A stretch of DNA of 64,000 nucleotides from Clostridia bacterium (GTDB lineage: Bacteria; Bacillota; Clostridia; Oscillospirales; CAG-272). A program made the translations under genes and the position numbers. Below are positions 38,396-47,198 of the stretch, one piece after another. Within the stretch, counting starts at the first letter, position 1; each line of letters begins with the position of its first letter. The notes below the pieces were generated by a model, which saw only the letters and a program-made list of their open reading frames with translations, did not search any database and was not told where the DNA came from. Location of the stretch: positions 564-64,563 of the forward strand of contig JAFTXE010000018.1 of NCBI GenBank assembly GCA_017461745.1, given 5' to 3'.

Positions 38396-39997
38396 ATGGG
38401 AGAATTTAACGTTATGAAGAAATTACATAAGATATTGCCTGCTAAGAGATTAACTCTTATACAGAATATTATCACCATGGTACTCCTGGCAGTAATAGTG
38501 TTTATGAGCTTCGGAACGGTATTTACCGCTACCGTAAACAAGGACGCAACAACTGTCGAGATGTTTGACAAAATAGTAAACGGCTTGGGCGGTGATCCCG
38601 TAGAAATGCCCGATACTGTTGATGTCAGCGCGCCTTATATAATAAAATCTGTCGGCTCAGTTGTCGATATACTTAAGAGCGGAATGAGCGCTGTGAAGGA
38701 CGCTATGGAGCTTTCCGATAGCGCAAAGCAGGTTCAGGAGGAAGCTGATGATCTTTCCACTCCGCAGGATGCGGCTGACCTTCAGTACGAGGTAAATAAT
38801 CTTGAAGAGCAGGCAAATAAAACTCAGGCTAAAGTGAATAGTCTTTCCGAGTCTCTCAAGAGCGATGATTTCGTAAGCTTGGTAACTCTCATAGTTATTA
38901 TTATTCAGGCGTTTGGAGAAAGCCTTCTCCTCGGAATCATCTACGTTGCGCTTATAGGTCTTTCCTTGTCACTTCCTATCGTGGCTATTATAAGATTTAT
39001 TCTTGCCCTTATCTCGTTTTTCAGATACTTGGGTAAGCCGGGAGAGGGATATGCTAAGATATCCAAGTCCTTCGGCGCTATCTTCGTAATGCTGCCTATT
39101 CTTTGGCTGTTTAAGATAATAGCTCCTCAGATAACCTTCGGCTCGGGTATCATTACTATGGTGATACTCTGCATCGTGGTTCTCGCTATAAATCTTATAG
39201 CGTCAAGACTAAAGGCTTACACGCCCGTACAGTTCAAGTACATAAACGTCCTTCAGGGTGCTTCCTTGTTTGGCGTTATCGGATATTTCCTCATTATGTT
39301 GAATATCGACGGAACGGGAATGTTCGATAAGATATGGGGCGGAATCGGTAGCTTTATGGATAAGACGGAAACGGGTAAGATGCTTATTACGGTTGCCGTG
39401 ATAGTCGCTTTCGTGATCGTCCTTATTAATACCTGCAAGCTTATAAAGAAGATTGCATGCCGTCTGTGCTGTATGGTGCCTGCGGGAAAGGTTATGGCTC
39501 ACGACACCGCGATAGTCGGCGCTACCTTGGCACTCGTTCTTATTGCTGCTCCCGTATATCTTATGGTGGGCGGATTTGAGCTTGACTTGGGAGACGGAAT
39601 GACGTCGTTTATTCTGTTTGCCGTTGGCGCGGGCTTGATATTCGTGTCCGAGCTTGTTATGCTTATACTTAAGAAAACTCTTTGCGCAAGCGCAACGGGC
39701 GATGATATCCATGCGGTTCTCACGGGTTGTCCTACGGGCGAGGACGCAGAAGCTCCCGCTGAGGAAGCAGAAGCTGAAAACGCTCCCGTAGAAGAGCAGA
39801 CCTCGACTGAGGAAGCTCCCACGGAAGAAACCGTCGCCGTAGAGGAAACGGTAGAGAGTGTAGAAGCTGTAGAGACCGTAGAAATCGATGCAGAGGAGAG
39901 CGAGCAGACGGATGCGGTGGTTGACGAAGGACCTGTCAACATCGTTATCGGAGACGTCGCTGAGCAAGCCGAAGCAGAGAAAACGGAAAATGAATAA
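38396..39997 (+). CDS. hypothetical polytopic membrane protein with acidic E/T/V-rich C-terminal tail
   Basis: 533 aa (alternative ATG at 38414); coiled-coil-like N-terminal ectodomain, at least 7 TM. Confidence 0.5.
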   Translation: MGEFNVMKKLHKILPAKRLTLIQNIITMVLLAVIVFMSFGTVFTATVNKDATTVEMFDKIVNGLGGDPVEMPDTVDVSAPYIIKSVGSVVDILKSGMSAVKDAMELSDSAKQVQEEADDLSTPQDAADLQYEVNNLEEQANKTQAKVNSLSESLKSDDFVSLVTLIVIIIQAFGESLLLGIIYVALIGLSLSLPIVAIIRFILALISFFRYLGKPGEGYAKISKSFGAIFVMLPILWLFKIIAPQITFGSGIITMVILCIVVLAINLIASRLKAYTPVQFKYINVLQGASLFGVIGYFLIMLNIDGTGMFDKIWGGIGSFMDKTETGKMLITVAVIVAFVIVLINTCKLIKKIACRLCCMVPAGKVMAHDTAIVGATLALVLIAAPVYLMVGGFELDLGDGMTSFILFAVGAGLIFVSELVMLILKKTLCASATGDDIHAVLTGCPTGEDAEAPAEEAEAENAPVEEQTSTEEAPTEETVAVEETVESVEAVETVEIDAEESEQTDAVVDEGPVNIVIGDVAEQAEAEKTENE

Positions 39998-40082
39998 TTA
40001 GAGTAATATGTTTTAGGGGCTTTCTTTAGTAGAAAGCCCTTATGTTTTCTGATATTTACAAAATGAAAATCGTATTAAACGA

Positions 40083-40111
40083 TTGACAAGGTGGCATAAT
40101 TGTGATATAAT
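40083..40111 (+). promoter_or_regulatory. consensus promoter TTGACA-17-TATAAT for the TA pair
   Basis: -35 at 40083..40088, -10 at 40106..40111. Confidence 0.55.
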
Positions 40112-40139
40112 AATACTACCAAGTGAAAGGAGATTAGAT

Positions 40140-40436
40140 ATGAACAACTCTATTTCAATAAGACCGTCAAAGGATATTCGCACGAACTATGCACAGATCT
40201 CCACTCTGACGAGAAGCAATCCTGTTGCCATAACGGTTAACGGAAAGGAAGATACTGTTCTTCTCAGTCACGAATATTTTCAGGCTCAGCAGAATTATAT
40301 TGCGGAGCTTGAAACTAAGCTTGCGGTATATGCGCACTTGGCGCAAGCGATGGACGACATAAAGCTCGGCAGAGTTCAAGACGCAGATGATGCTTACGAT
40401 GATATTATTGCGGAAATGGAGAGCTTCGATTTATGA
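40140..40436 (+). CDS. type II antitoxin (Phd/YefM-like)
   Basis: 98 aa from the ATG after GGAGA; IRPSKDIRTNYAQISTL...PVAITVNGKEDTVLLS pattern; overlaps the toxin start by 4 nt. Confidence 0.7.
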   Translation: MNNSISIRPSKDIRTNYAQISTLTRSNPVAITVNGKEDTVLLSHEYFQAQQNYIAELETKLAVYAHLAQAMDDIKLGRVQDADDAYDDIIAEMESFDL

Positions 40437-40762
40437 GCTTTAAGATCAAGTTCACCGATACCGCCAAAGAAGATCTTCGCAACATTGCCATATATATAGC
40501 TGAGCAGTCTAAGGATAAGAAAATTGCCATCGACCTTGTTAATGAATTGAGAGAAAAAACAAAAATTCTTGAGACCTTTCCTGAGTGCGGTGCAATTCCC
40601 GATGACAGAATAATGAAAAACTCGAATTATCGTTTTTTAGTCTGCAAGGAATATTTGATTTTTTATCACTATGTTTCTGAAGATAATACCTCTTATGTTT
40701 TGGCTGTTTTTAATTCAAAACGCGACTATTCAAGAGTAATGAGAAGATTTGTAAAAAAATAA
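40433..40762 (+). CDS. type II toxin, RelE/ParE family
   Basis: 109 aa; FTDTAKEDLRNIAIYI..., YRFLVCKEYLIFY pattern. Confidence 0.75.
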   Translation: MSFKIKFTDTAKEDLRNIAIYIAEQSKDKKIAIDLVNELREKTKILETFPECGAIPDDRIMKNSNYRFLVCKEYLIFYHYVSEDNTSYVLAVFNSKRDYSRVMRRFVKK

Positions 40763-40765
40763 ATA

Positions 40766-40814
40766 AGTTGGACACATTATAGCGGTTTTACCCAAATGAT
40801 GTGTCCAACTTTTT
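40766..40814. terminator. bidirectional terminator hairpin, copy c1 of 4
   Basis: AGTTGGACACATTAT...ATGATGTGTCCAACT + T4; same hairpin family at 43685, 47149 and 53291. Confidence 0.65.
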
Positions 40815-40826
40815 ATTGATATACTT

Positions 40827-40875
40827 GTAGGGGCGTGCATTGCACGTCCGTGGACGACACGATGGTCGCTCCTAC
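40827..40875. repeat. GTAGGGGCG...CTCCTAC palindromic element
   Basis: GTAGGGGCGTGCATTGCACGTCCGTGGACGACACGATGGTCGCTCCTAC; near-identical at 43743..43791. Confidence 0.65.
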
Positions 40876-40893
40876 GGAAGCATTTAATCGAGA

Positions 40894-40921
40894 CTTGTTT
40901 GCTTGCCTCTTCGATAGCAAC
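40894..40921 (-). pseudogene. 28-bp remnant of the GGGtGRT gene 3' end (copy c1)
   Basis: Reverse complement encodes VAIEEASK followed by CAA instead of a stop; matches 53400..53427. Confidence 0.45.
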
Positions 40922-40957
40922 ATTGTTTGCGCGAACCGATATTTTTTATTGCACGTA

Positions 40958-40986
40958 TTGACAACCGTCGATGTATATGATATAAT
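40958..40986 (+). promoter_or_regulatory. consensus promoter TTGACA-17-TATAAT
   Basis: -35 at 40958..40963, -10 at 40981..40986. Confidence 0.55.
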
Positions 40987-41018
40987 GTATACAAATTTAT
41001 ATTGAACGGGAGAAGCTT

Positions 41019-42113
41019 ATGTTTGATAACGTAAAACACAATTTTGGCTTTGGTTGTATGCGACTGCCTATGACGGACGGTGAGGTAGATACGGCGGAAT
41101 TTAACCGAATGATAGATACCTTCATACAGGCAGGCTTTAATTATTTTGATACCGCGCACGGTTACATTGACGGAAAAAGCGAACGGGCTATTCGCGAATG
41201 CCTTACCTCAAGATATGAGAGAGAAAGCTATATACTCGCAAATAAGCTCTCAGACTGGTTTTTCAAAACCGAGGCTGAGGTCCGTCCGTTATTTGAGGAA
41301 CAGCTTCGGATATGCGGTGTCGATTACTTTGATTTCTATTTATTCCACGCCCTCAATCGCAACTCGTATAAAAAGCACAAGGAGTGCAACAGCTTTGAGA
41401 TAGTAAAACAATTGAAAAGCGAGGGAAAGGTAAAGCATATAGCAATGTCCTTTCACGACACGGCTGACATACTCGATATGATACTTTCCGAGCAGCAACA
41501 GATCGAGGCTGTACAATTGCAGATAAACTATCTTGACTACGACGACCCGGGTGTGCAGAGCAAAAAGTGCTATGACGTCGCCGTCAAGCATGGCAAGAAG
41601 ATAATCGTCATGGAGCCTGTCAAGGGCGGCGCTTTGGTAAATCTCCCGCCTGACGGAGTTGCCGAATTCCAAAAGCTCGGCAATGCCGCCCCCGTCTCTT
41701 ACGCGCTCAGATACGCCGCAAGCTTTCCCGAGGTATTTATGGTGCTTTCGGGCATGGGAAGCATGGAGATGATGGAATCAAATATCAAGACGATGTATCC
41801 TTTCGTTCCGCTGAATAAAAACGAGCTTAAAGCTACTGACCGAGTCAGAGACATTATCCGCAAGTACAAGCAGATCCCCTGTACGAAATGCAGATATTGC
41901 GCGGAGGTTTGCCCCAAGAACGTTCCTATCGCAGACCTGTTTGCCACGTATAACGAATACGCCTTGGCAAGAGTGACGAAGAAGCAAACGCGAGAAAGCC
42001 TTGCGTCATTCGACGTCAAGGCAAGTGATTGCGTTGAGTGCGGCAAGTGCGAGAGCATCTGTCCTCAAAGCATTGATATTCGCCAAAAATTAAAGAATCT
42101 TGCAAAATTGTGA
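41019..42113 (+). CDS. aldo/keto reductase fused to a C-terminal 2x[4Fe-4S] ferredoxin-like domain
   Basis: 364 aa; FGCMRLP, FDTAHGY AKR motifs; CTKCRYCAEVCP and CVECGKCESICP clusters. Confidence 0.85.
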   Translation: MFDNVKHNFGFGCMRLPMTDGEVDTAEFNRMIDTFIQAGFNYFDTAHGYIDGKSERAIRECLTSRYERESYILANKLSDWFFKTEAEVRPLFEEQLRICGVDYFDFYLFHALNRNSYKKHKECNSFEIVKQLKSEGKVKHIAMSFHDTADILDMILSEQQQIEAVQLQINYLDYDDPGVQSKKCYDVAVKHGKKIIVMEPVKGGALVNLPPDGVAEFQKLGNAAPVSYALRYAASFPEVFMVLSGMGSMEMMESNIKTMYPFVPLNKNELKATDRVRDIIRKYKQIPCTKCRYCAEVCPKNVPIADLFATYNEYALARVTKKQTRESLASFDVKASDCVECGKCESICPQSIDIRQKLKNLAKL

Positions 42114-42132
42114 TCTATAAGGAGATATTGAA

Positions 42133-42681
42133 ATGGAAAAAACGCTACGCAGAACAATAATCAAAATATCAAAGGAAGCCGCTTTTATACTTATCACTAT
42201 AGTAAGCGCGGTGATCCTTCCCCAAATATTCCACGGCGTCGGCATGTTGCTCGGCATTGGCGGAAAACTTGGTCAGATTTTTCTTCCCATGTATATCCCC
42301 GTTCTGCTGATCGGTTTTTATCGCGGATCTGCTTCGGGCGCTGTCACGGGCTTGCTTGCTCCGCTTGTCAGCTTTGCCATCACGGGAATGCCCGCCGAGA
42401 CTCTCTTGCCGTATATTACGCTTGAATTAGTCGCAACGGGAGCGCTTGCAGGCATTTTTGCGAAAGCAAAGCTTCCTGCCTTCGTTCGTGTGCTTTCCGT
42501 TCAAGTCGCAGCTAAGATAATTCGTCTTGTCGCATTTGCAGCTTCTCTTTATTTGGCAAACGGAACGGTAGCCGCGTCCGCGTTGTTTTCAGGTATTCTC
42601 ATATCTATCCCGGGCGTCGTTCTTCAGCTGGGTCTTGTGACGTATTTAACGATCAAAAAGGAGAAAAAGCTCGGTGAATAA
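42133..42681 (+). CDS. membrane protein resembling an ECF-transporter S component
   Basis: 182 aa, about 6 TM, G/A-rich helices. Confidence 0.5.
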   Translation: MEKTLRRTIIKISKEAAFILITIVSAVILPQIFHGVGMLLGIGGKLGQIFLPMYIPVLLIGFYRGSASGAVTGLLAPLVSFAITGMPAETLLPYITLELVATGALAGIFAKAKLPAFVRVLSVQVAAKIIRLVAFAASLYLANGTVAASALFSGILISIPGVVLQLGLVTYLTIKKEKKLGE

Positions 42682-43366
42682 GCAAATCCAAACTGCCCGT
42701 CAGAAATTGATTGACGGTGAATACACGTGCGTATTGCAGGTCAACGGCGAAGAATACTGCTCGCGCGAGCGTGGCGTAAAGCCCTTGATATCCCTTTTGC
42801 AAACGGGCAATTCATTCGTCGGAGCAATTGCCGCCGACAAAACGGTAGGCGCAGGGGCGGCACACCTATACGTGCTGCTCGGTATTCACGCCTTGTGGGC
42901 AAATATAATAAGCGAATCGGCAATACAGATACTCAAAAAACACAACGTACAGATCCTGTACGGCGAATGTGTTCCTCATATCATCAATCGTCAGGGCAAC
43001 GGCATCTGCCCCATCGAATCCGCCGTCACCGATGCGAAAAGCTCCCAGGAGGCTTACGATTTGATAGTAGCCGCATTAGAACGGCTTCAGAAAAGCAAGG
43101 ATGCCGAGGTCGCAACGAAAATATTCAAGGCTCTTGCCGACGAAAATCGCCTTGAGATAATGGAAATACTGATAGACGGTGAAAAATGCGGTTGTGAGCT
43201 TCTCAAAGCTCTTAAAATAGGACAGCCTACCCTCTCGCACCACATGCATATACTGTGCGATGCGGGGTTGGTCGATTCCTTCAAAAAGGGTAAATGGACG
43301 CACTATTCAATAAGCGCCGAGGGTTCGGCTCAGCTTATGCGACTGGTCGAAAAATACAAAAAATAA
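42674..43366 (+). CDS. DUF1893-like domain fused to an ArsR/SmtB HTH regulator
   Basis: 230 aa, GTG start overlapping the previous gene; C-terminus FKALADENRLEIMEIL...CGCELLKALKIGQPTLSHHMHIL is a canonical ArsR HTH. Confidence 0.7.
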   Translation: MNKQIQTARQKLIDGEYTCVLQVNGEEYCSRERGVKPLISLLQTGNSFVGAIAADKTVGAGAAHLYVLLGIHALWANIISESAIQILKKHNVQILYGECVPHIINRQGNGICPIESAVTDAKSSQEAYDLIVAALERLQKSKDAEVATKIFKALADENRLEIMEILIDGEKCGCELLKALKIGQPTLSHHMHILCDAGLVDSFKKGKWTHYSISAEGSAQLMRLVEKYKK

Positions 43367-43383
43367 GGACCTCCTAAAATTAA

Positions 43384-43617
43384 AGACATATCTGAAATTG
43401 ATAAAATCTTCCGTGTAGGTTCAAATATAAACAAAGCGGGGATAAAATTTTACGATGTAAAAGTCGCCTCGCTCACCGTACACGGACTTATGTATTCGGA
43501 CACCGAATTCCGCTAAGCGTTGGAGAAAACGTCAGTGACAGAGTCAAGAATCTTAATTACAACACAGCGGGTGGAAGAATACGCTTCAGAACCGACAGTC
43601 CGTACGTCGCTATATAT
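43384..43617 (+). pseudogene. fragment of an SGNH-hydrolase N-terminal domain (stop + frameshift, truncated)
   Basis: Two frames give KDISEIDKIF...VHGLMYSDTEFR* and ENVSDRVKNLNYNTAGGRIRFRTDSPYVAIY, matching DTAGGRIRFSTDSQYVAIK of the intact paralog at 16090..17181. Confidence 0.55.
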
Positions 43618-43684
43618 CGATGGCAAAAGCTCCTATCAGCCTTATTAAAACGTAAAATCTTCTTTAAAATGTAAAACAAAAAAC

Positions 43685-43729
43685 GGACACATCACAAGGA
43701 AAAATTCCAAATGATGTGTCCAACTTTTT
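43685..43729. terminator. bidirectional terminator hairpin, copy c2
   Basis: GGACACATCA...TGATGTGTCC + AACTTTTT. Confidence 0.6.
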
Positions 43730-43742
43730 ATTGTTTTATTTT

Positions 43743-43791
43743 GTAGGGGCGTGCATTGCACGTCCGAGGACGACACGATGGTCGCCCCTAC
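43743..43791. repeat. GTAGGGGCG...CGCCCCTAC palindromic element
   Basis: GTAGGGGCGTGCATTGCACGTCCGAGGACGACACGATGGTCGCCCCTAC. Confidence 0.65.
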
Positions 43792-43810
43792 GGAAGCCTT
43801 TAATCAAGAC

Positions 43811-43994
43811 TTATTTGCTCGCTTCTTCAATAGCGACTGCAACCGCAACGGTCATACCAACCATGGGGTTGTTACCTGCGCCGATGAGTCCCATCATCTC
43901 TACGCTCTCGGGAACGCTGTCGGAGCCGTAGCACTTAACCTTAGCTCCGTCACCGTTTGAGTAAGCGGACCTCTTAACTACGTTAACCTCCTCG
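43811..43994 (-). pseudogene. GGGtGRT gene 3' remnant with internal in-frame deletion (copy c2)
   Basis: Encodes ...AYSNGDGAKVKCYGSDSVPESVEMMGLIGAGNNPMVGMTVAVAVAIEEASK*, matching two separated parts of the intact gene at 53400..54398. Confidence 0.75.
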
Positions 43995-44103
43995 GCATTC
44001 TCGCAAAAAATGCAGGCAGTGTATATTGCCACGTTACGTACATTATAACACGTTTTTGCGGTTTAACGTAACGTTCACAAACGTTTCCAAACACTATTAT
44101 ATA

Positions 44104-44601
44104 TTACAAATAGGAGAAGATGAGATGCGCACTGTGCGCATCGAGCTTGCTAACATCCTGTATCTCGTATCTGTTGTCGTTTGCATCGCGGATGATGACT
44201 CTATTAGTCGGATGAAGCTTTTTTATATCGTTGTGTCTGTTGCGTATACCGAAGATTACCCTTCCATGATTGGTGTCCACCGTCCACTTAAGCGTTCCGA
44301 ATTTGTCCTCTACGCTAACAACGCTCTGTATCTTCGGAATCATGTAATATTCAGAGAAGCACTCATCAAGAGCCTTTACCGATTCCTCGTCGAGTTCCGC
44401 GATATCTCTGACAAACCCAATTTCCTTTTCCTCCGAATCGAGTAGGGTGATGTACATATTATGGTTGGTTAAAGGGAACAGCCTACGCGGCTCAAGGTCC
44501 TCGATAATACTGCCGTCTTTTTTTATAAGGCGAACGAGGTACATATCTGTTTTTTCAAGTTTTCCTGTATATTTATCGATATAATATCTTCCCATGACCA
44601 T
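44104..44601 (-). CDS. DUF1854-like protein (partner of the upstream ABC exporter)
   Basis: 165 aa; RRLFPLT, KEIGFVRD, YMIPKIQSV, LKWTVDTNHG, IRDANDNRYEIQDVSKLD pattern recalled for this family. Confidence 0.6.
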   Translation of the reverse strand: MVMGRYYIDKYTGKLEKTDMYLVRLIKKDGSIIEDLEPRRLFPLTNHNMYITLLDSEEKEIGFVRDIAELDEESVKALDECFSEYYMIPKIQSVVSVEDKFGTLKWTVDTNHGRVIFGIRNRHNDIKKLHPTNRVIIRDANDNRYEIQDVSKLDAHSAHLIFSYL

Positions 44602-44607
44602 TCCTCC

Positions 44608-46881
44608 TTATTCAAAGTTTTCGGCACGCTTGGACTCTGCGACCTTGTCTGACATGGACTGTATTTCGACAAGACGGTAATATTTGCCCTTAAGTGCCAT
44701 TAGCTCTGCGGGAGTACCGCATTCGATTATCTCTCCATTATCCACAACGACTATCTTATTTGCCTTGGAAAGAGTAGATAGTCTGTGAGCTATCATTATA
44801 GTGGTCCTACCACTTATCAGACGCTCAATTGCGTCTTGTATGAGGTGCTCGGTTTCGGAGTCGACAGATGCCGTCGCCTCATCAAACACGAGCATCTTGG
44901 GGTTTCTAAGCATTGCGCGCGCGATTGATATTCGCTGACGTTCTCCTCCCGAAAGTCCCACTCCGCGCTCACCGAGCACAGAGTCATATCCGTCAGGTTG
45001 ACGTACTATAAATTCATGAGCGTTTGCAATATCCGCCGCATTTATAACCTCGTCAACCGAGAAGTTGCCGTTACCATAGGCAATATTGTTATATATAGTG
45101 TCATGGAACATCTGGGACTCCTGCTGGACGTAACCGATGTGAGAGCGGTAATATTGCATATCTATTTTGCGGATATCCACTCCGTCAATGGTGATTTTTC
45201 CTTCGTATGTGTCGTAATAGCGAAGGAGAAGATTTATGAGCGTTGATTTTCCCGAGCCTGTCGTACCGACGATACCGACGATGTCCCCGGGTTCTATTGA
45301 GAGATTTATATTTTTAAGAACCTTTTTAGTGCGGTCGAAGGAGAAATTTACGTTCTTAAATTCTATGCGTCCGCCCATATTGACATTTGTGTTGCCCTTG
45401 CCGAAATCATGCTCAGGCTCGGCGTCAAGGATGTCCATGATACGCTCGAGTGAAGCCATCGCGTTCTGCATGGAGTCGGAGAGGTTCGCAAAGAAGTTTA
45501 CCGGCTCATAGAACATCGTTGCGTAGGAGATAAAGGAAACGAGCAGACCAACGGATATCGCGCTTCCGTTACCAGTGGAAAGGCCGTTGATGACCATATT
45601 TCCGCCCATCGCCCATATAATGACACTTCCGCAGCTCATTAGGCAATTTACGATAGCGGGATACGCGTTGAGTATCTTGCCGGCCTTGGTGTCGATTCTG
45701 CGCCAATCGTCAACACATTCACCGAAGCGCTCGGTGGCATTCTTCTCGTTGGTGTACGACTTTGTTACGCGGATACCCGGTATAGTATCGGCAAGCACGG
45801 ATGTGACCGCGGATGAGCGCCTCCATATGCGTCTGTAAAACGGCGCTATCTTCTTTTTGAAGATACGCGAGCCGATAACGACCAAAGGTACGGGAAAAAG
45901 CGAGAATAGCGTCAGCTTCCAATCTATGCAAAGCATAACGACTACAATGCCGATGAGCTTGAAGAATTGTACGACGACCTCTTGAGTGATACGGAGCATA
46001 AACGCCTGAATTGTTGCGGTATCTCCGCTTATTCGGTTAATAACTGATCCTGTAGAGGTCTTGTCGTAGAAGCGCATAGGAAGATACTGCGCCTTCTCGT
46101 ATACCTCACACCGTATGCGAGCGACTATTTTATCTCCCGACACACGGAGCATATATCCCCGTATACCTGCGAGCAGATAGTGAATTACATGTAGACAAAC
46201 AAGCATTACAACGACCGTCGCGAGAAGGCGGCTGTTTTTATTCGGTAGTATCTCGTCGACAAGTGTCCTTGTAAGAATCGGTGGAACAAGTGCAAGAGCT
46301 GTCGTAATTATAGAGATGATGACGGATATTACAAGTATTGGAAGCTCAGGCTTCAGATATCCGCCCAACCGTGAGAGAAGTCTCTTTTTTTTCATACAGT
46401 GAATACAGGGAACTCCTGGAGCGGATAGAGTGCGTCCGCATTTGGGACATATCGACAGCATCTTTTCGTATACTGCCTGCATCGTGGCGAACGCCTCCGC
46501 CACGGGCTCTCCGTCGCGAATACCCGTGGCGTAAGTCAAAACGGCATCGCAAAGAGCTGCGACGGTAAAGGTGAATCTGAATACGTCGTGAAGGACTCCG
46601 TCCTTCGTTTGAATACGCATGATGCCGTTTCCGTACATACGCTTATTAAAAATATTGTGGATATTCTTAAATGAGTAGCGTTCCGAGCAGGTTTGTGTTT
46701 TGAAATCGTAGATAAAAAGACACGAGCCTGTCGCCAAAAGCACACATGTACTATACTGTGCATGTTTTGATATTTCACCGACAACAGCCAACAAAACGGG
46801 ATCATCCTCCGTACCCAAAGAACGTATTACTTCGAGCTTCGAAGCATCCAGTTTCTGATTAATTAAAATAGTGGTTTCCAT
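44608..46881 (-). CDS. ABC exporter (fused TMD-NBD) with about 170-aa N-terminal PH-like + zinc-ribbon extension
   Basis: 757 aa; CPKCGRTLSAPGVPCIHC; Walker A GTTGSGKST, signature LSGGERQR, Walker B MLVFDEATS. Confidence 0.85.
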   Translation of the reverse strand: METTILINQKLDASKLEVIRSLGTEDDPVLLAVVGEISKHAQYSTCVLLATGSCLFIYDFKTQTCSERYSFKNIHNIFNKRMYGNGIMRIQTKDGVLHDVFRFTFTVAALCDAVLTYATGIRDGEPVAEAFATMQAVYEKMLSICPKCGRTLSAPGVPCIHCMKKKRLLSRLGGYLKPELPILVISVIISIITTALALVPPILTRTLVDEILPNKNSRLLATVVVMLVCLHVIHYLLAGIRGYMLRVSGDKIVARIRCEVYEKAQYLPMRFYDKTSTGSVINRISGDTATIQAFMLRITQEVVVQFFKLIGIVVVMLCIDWKLTLFSLFPVPLVVIGSRIFKKKIAPFYRRIWRRSSAVTSVLADTIPGIRVTKSYTNEKNATERFGECVDDWRRIDTKAGKILNAYPAIVNCLMSCGSVIIWAMGGNMVINGLSTGNGSAISVGLLVSFISYATMFYEPVNFFANLSDSMQNAMASLERIMDILDAEPEHDFGKGNTNVNMGGRIEFKNVNFSFDRTKKVLKNINLSIEPGDIVGIVGTTGSGKSTLINLLLRYYDTYEGKITIDGVDIRKIDMQYYRSHIGYVQQESQMFHDTIYNNIAYGNGNFSVDEVINAADIANAHEFIVRQPDGYDSVLGERGVGLSGGERQRISIARAMLRNPKMLVFDEATASVDSETEHLIQDAIERLISGRTTIMIAHRLSTLSKANKIVVVDNGEIIECGTPAELMALKGKYYRLVEIQSMSDKVAESKRAENFE

Positions 46882-46929
46882 CGCAACGGTTTAGCTAGCA
46901 AGCAATCTCCTCATTCAAATTTTTTGGTT

Positions 46930-46958
46930 ATTATACTACATGAAAAAACAAAAGTCAA
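46930..46958 (-). promoter_or_regulatory. consensus promoter TTGACT-17-TATAAT on minus strand
   Basis: Reverse complement of 46930..46958 = TTGACTTTTGTTTTTTCATGTAGTATAAT. Confidence 0.55.
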
Positions 46959-47148
46959 CACTTTTTCGGGATTTTTCGTAATTTTGTGATATTCTCTAAA
47001 AACTTGTCCTATTAGTAAAAACATTACCAATAATAAGAGAAAATAATTAGTGATATCAACGAAAAAATCTACATAAAAAAGGGGTGACTTTTTTGAATAA
47101 AACTGATATAATAATGTGTTATAATAAAATAGTACTAATAAAAAAACA

Positions 47149-47194
47149 GACACATCATTTAGAATTTTCACCTAAATGATGTGTCCAACTTTTT
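47149..47194. terminator. bidirectional terminator hairpin, copy c3
   Basis: GACACATCATTT...AAATGATGTGTC + CAACTTTTT. Confidence 0.6.
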
Positions 47195-47198
47195 ATTT

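Larger units (their letters stand above)
40922..43684. mobile_element. island segment C (no recombinase; bounded by GGGtGRT-3'-end copies c1 and c2)
   Basis: Own promoter, three cargo genes, truncated SGNH fragment at the distal end. Confidence 0.3.
43995..47148. mobile_element. island segment B (no recombinase; bounded by copies c2 and c3)
   Basis: Carries the ABC exporter + DUF1854-like pair with its own promoter. Confidence 0.3.

Noticed and set aside
34867-38571. 1234-aa ORF on the minus strand, the longest ORF in the window
   Set aside because: It is in exact codon register with and fully antisense to the clearly real PFOR gene. Its sequence is low-complexity and S/L/V/R-rich, with no RBS or promoter. 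It is explained by PFOR avoiding TTA/CTA/TCA codons (a shadow ORF).
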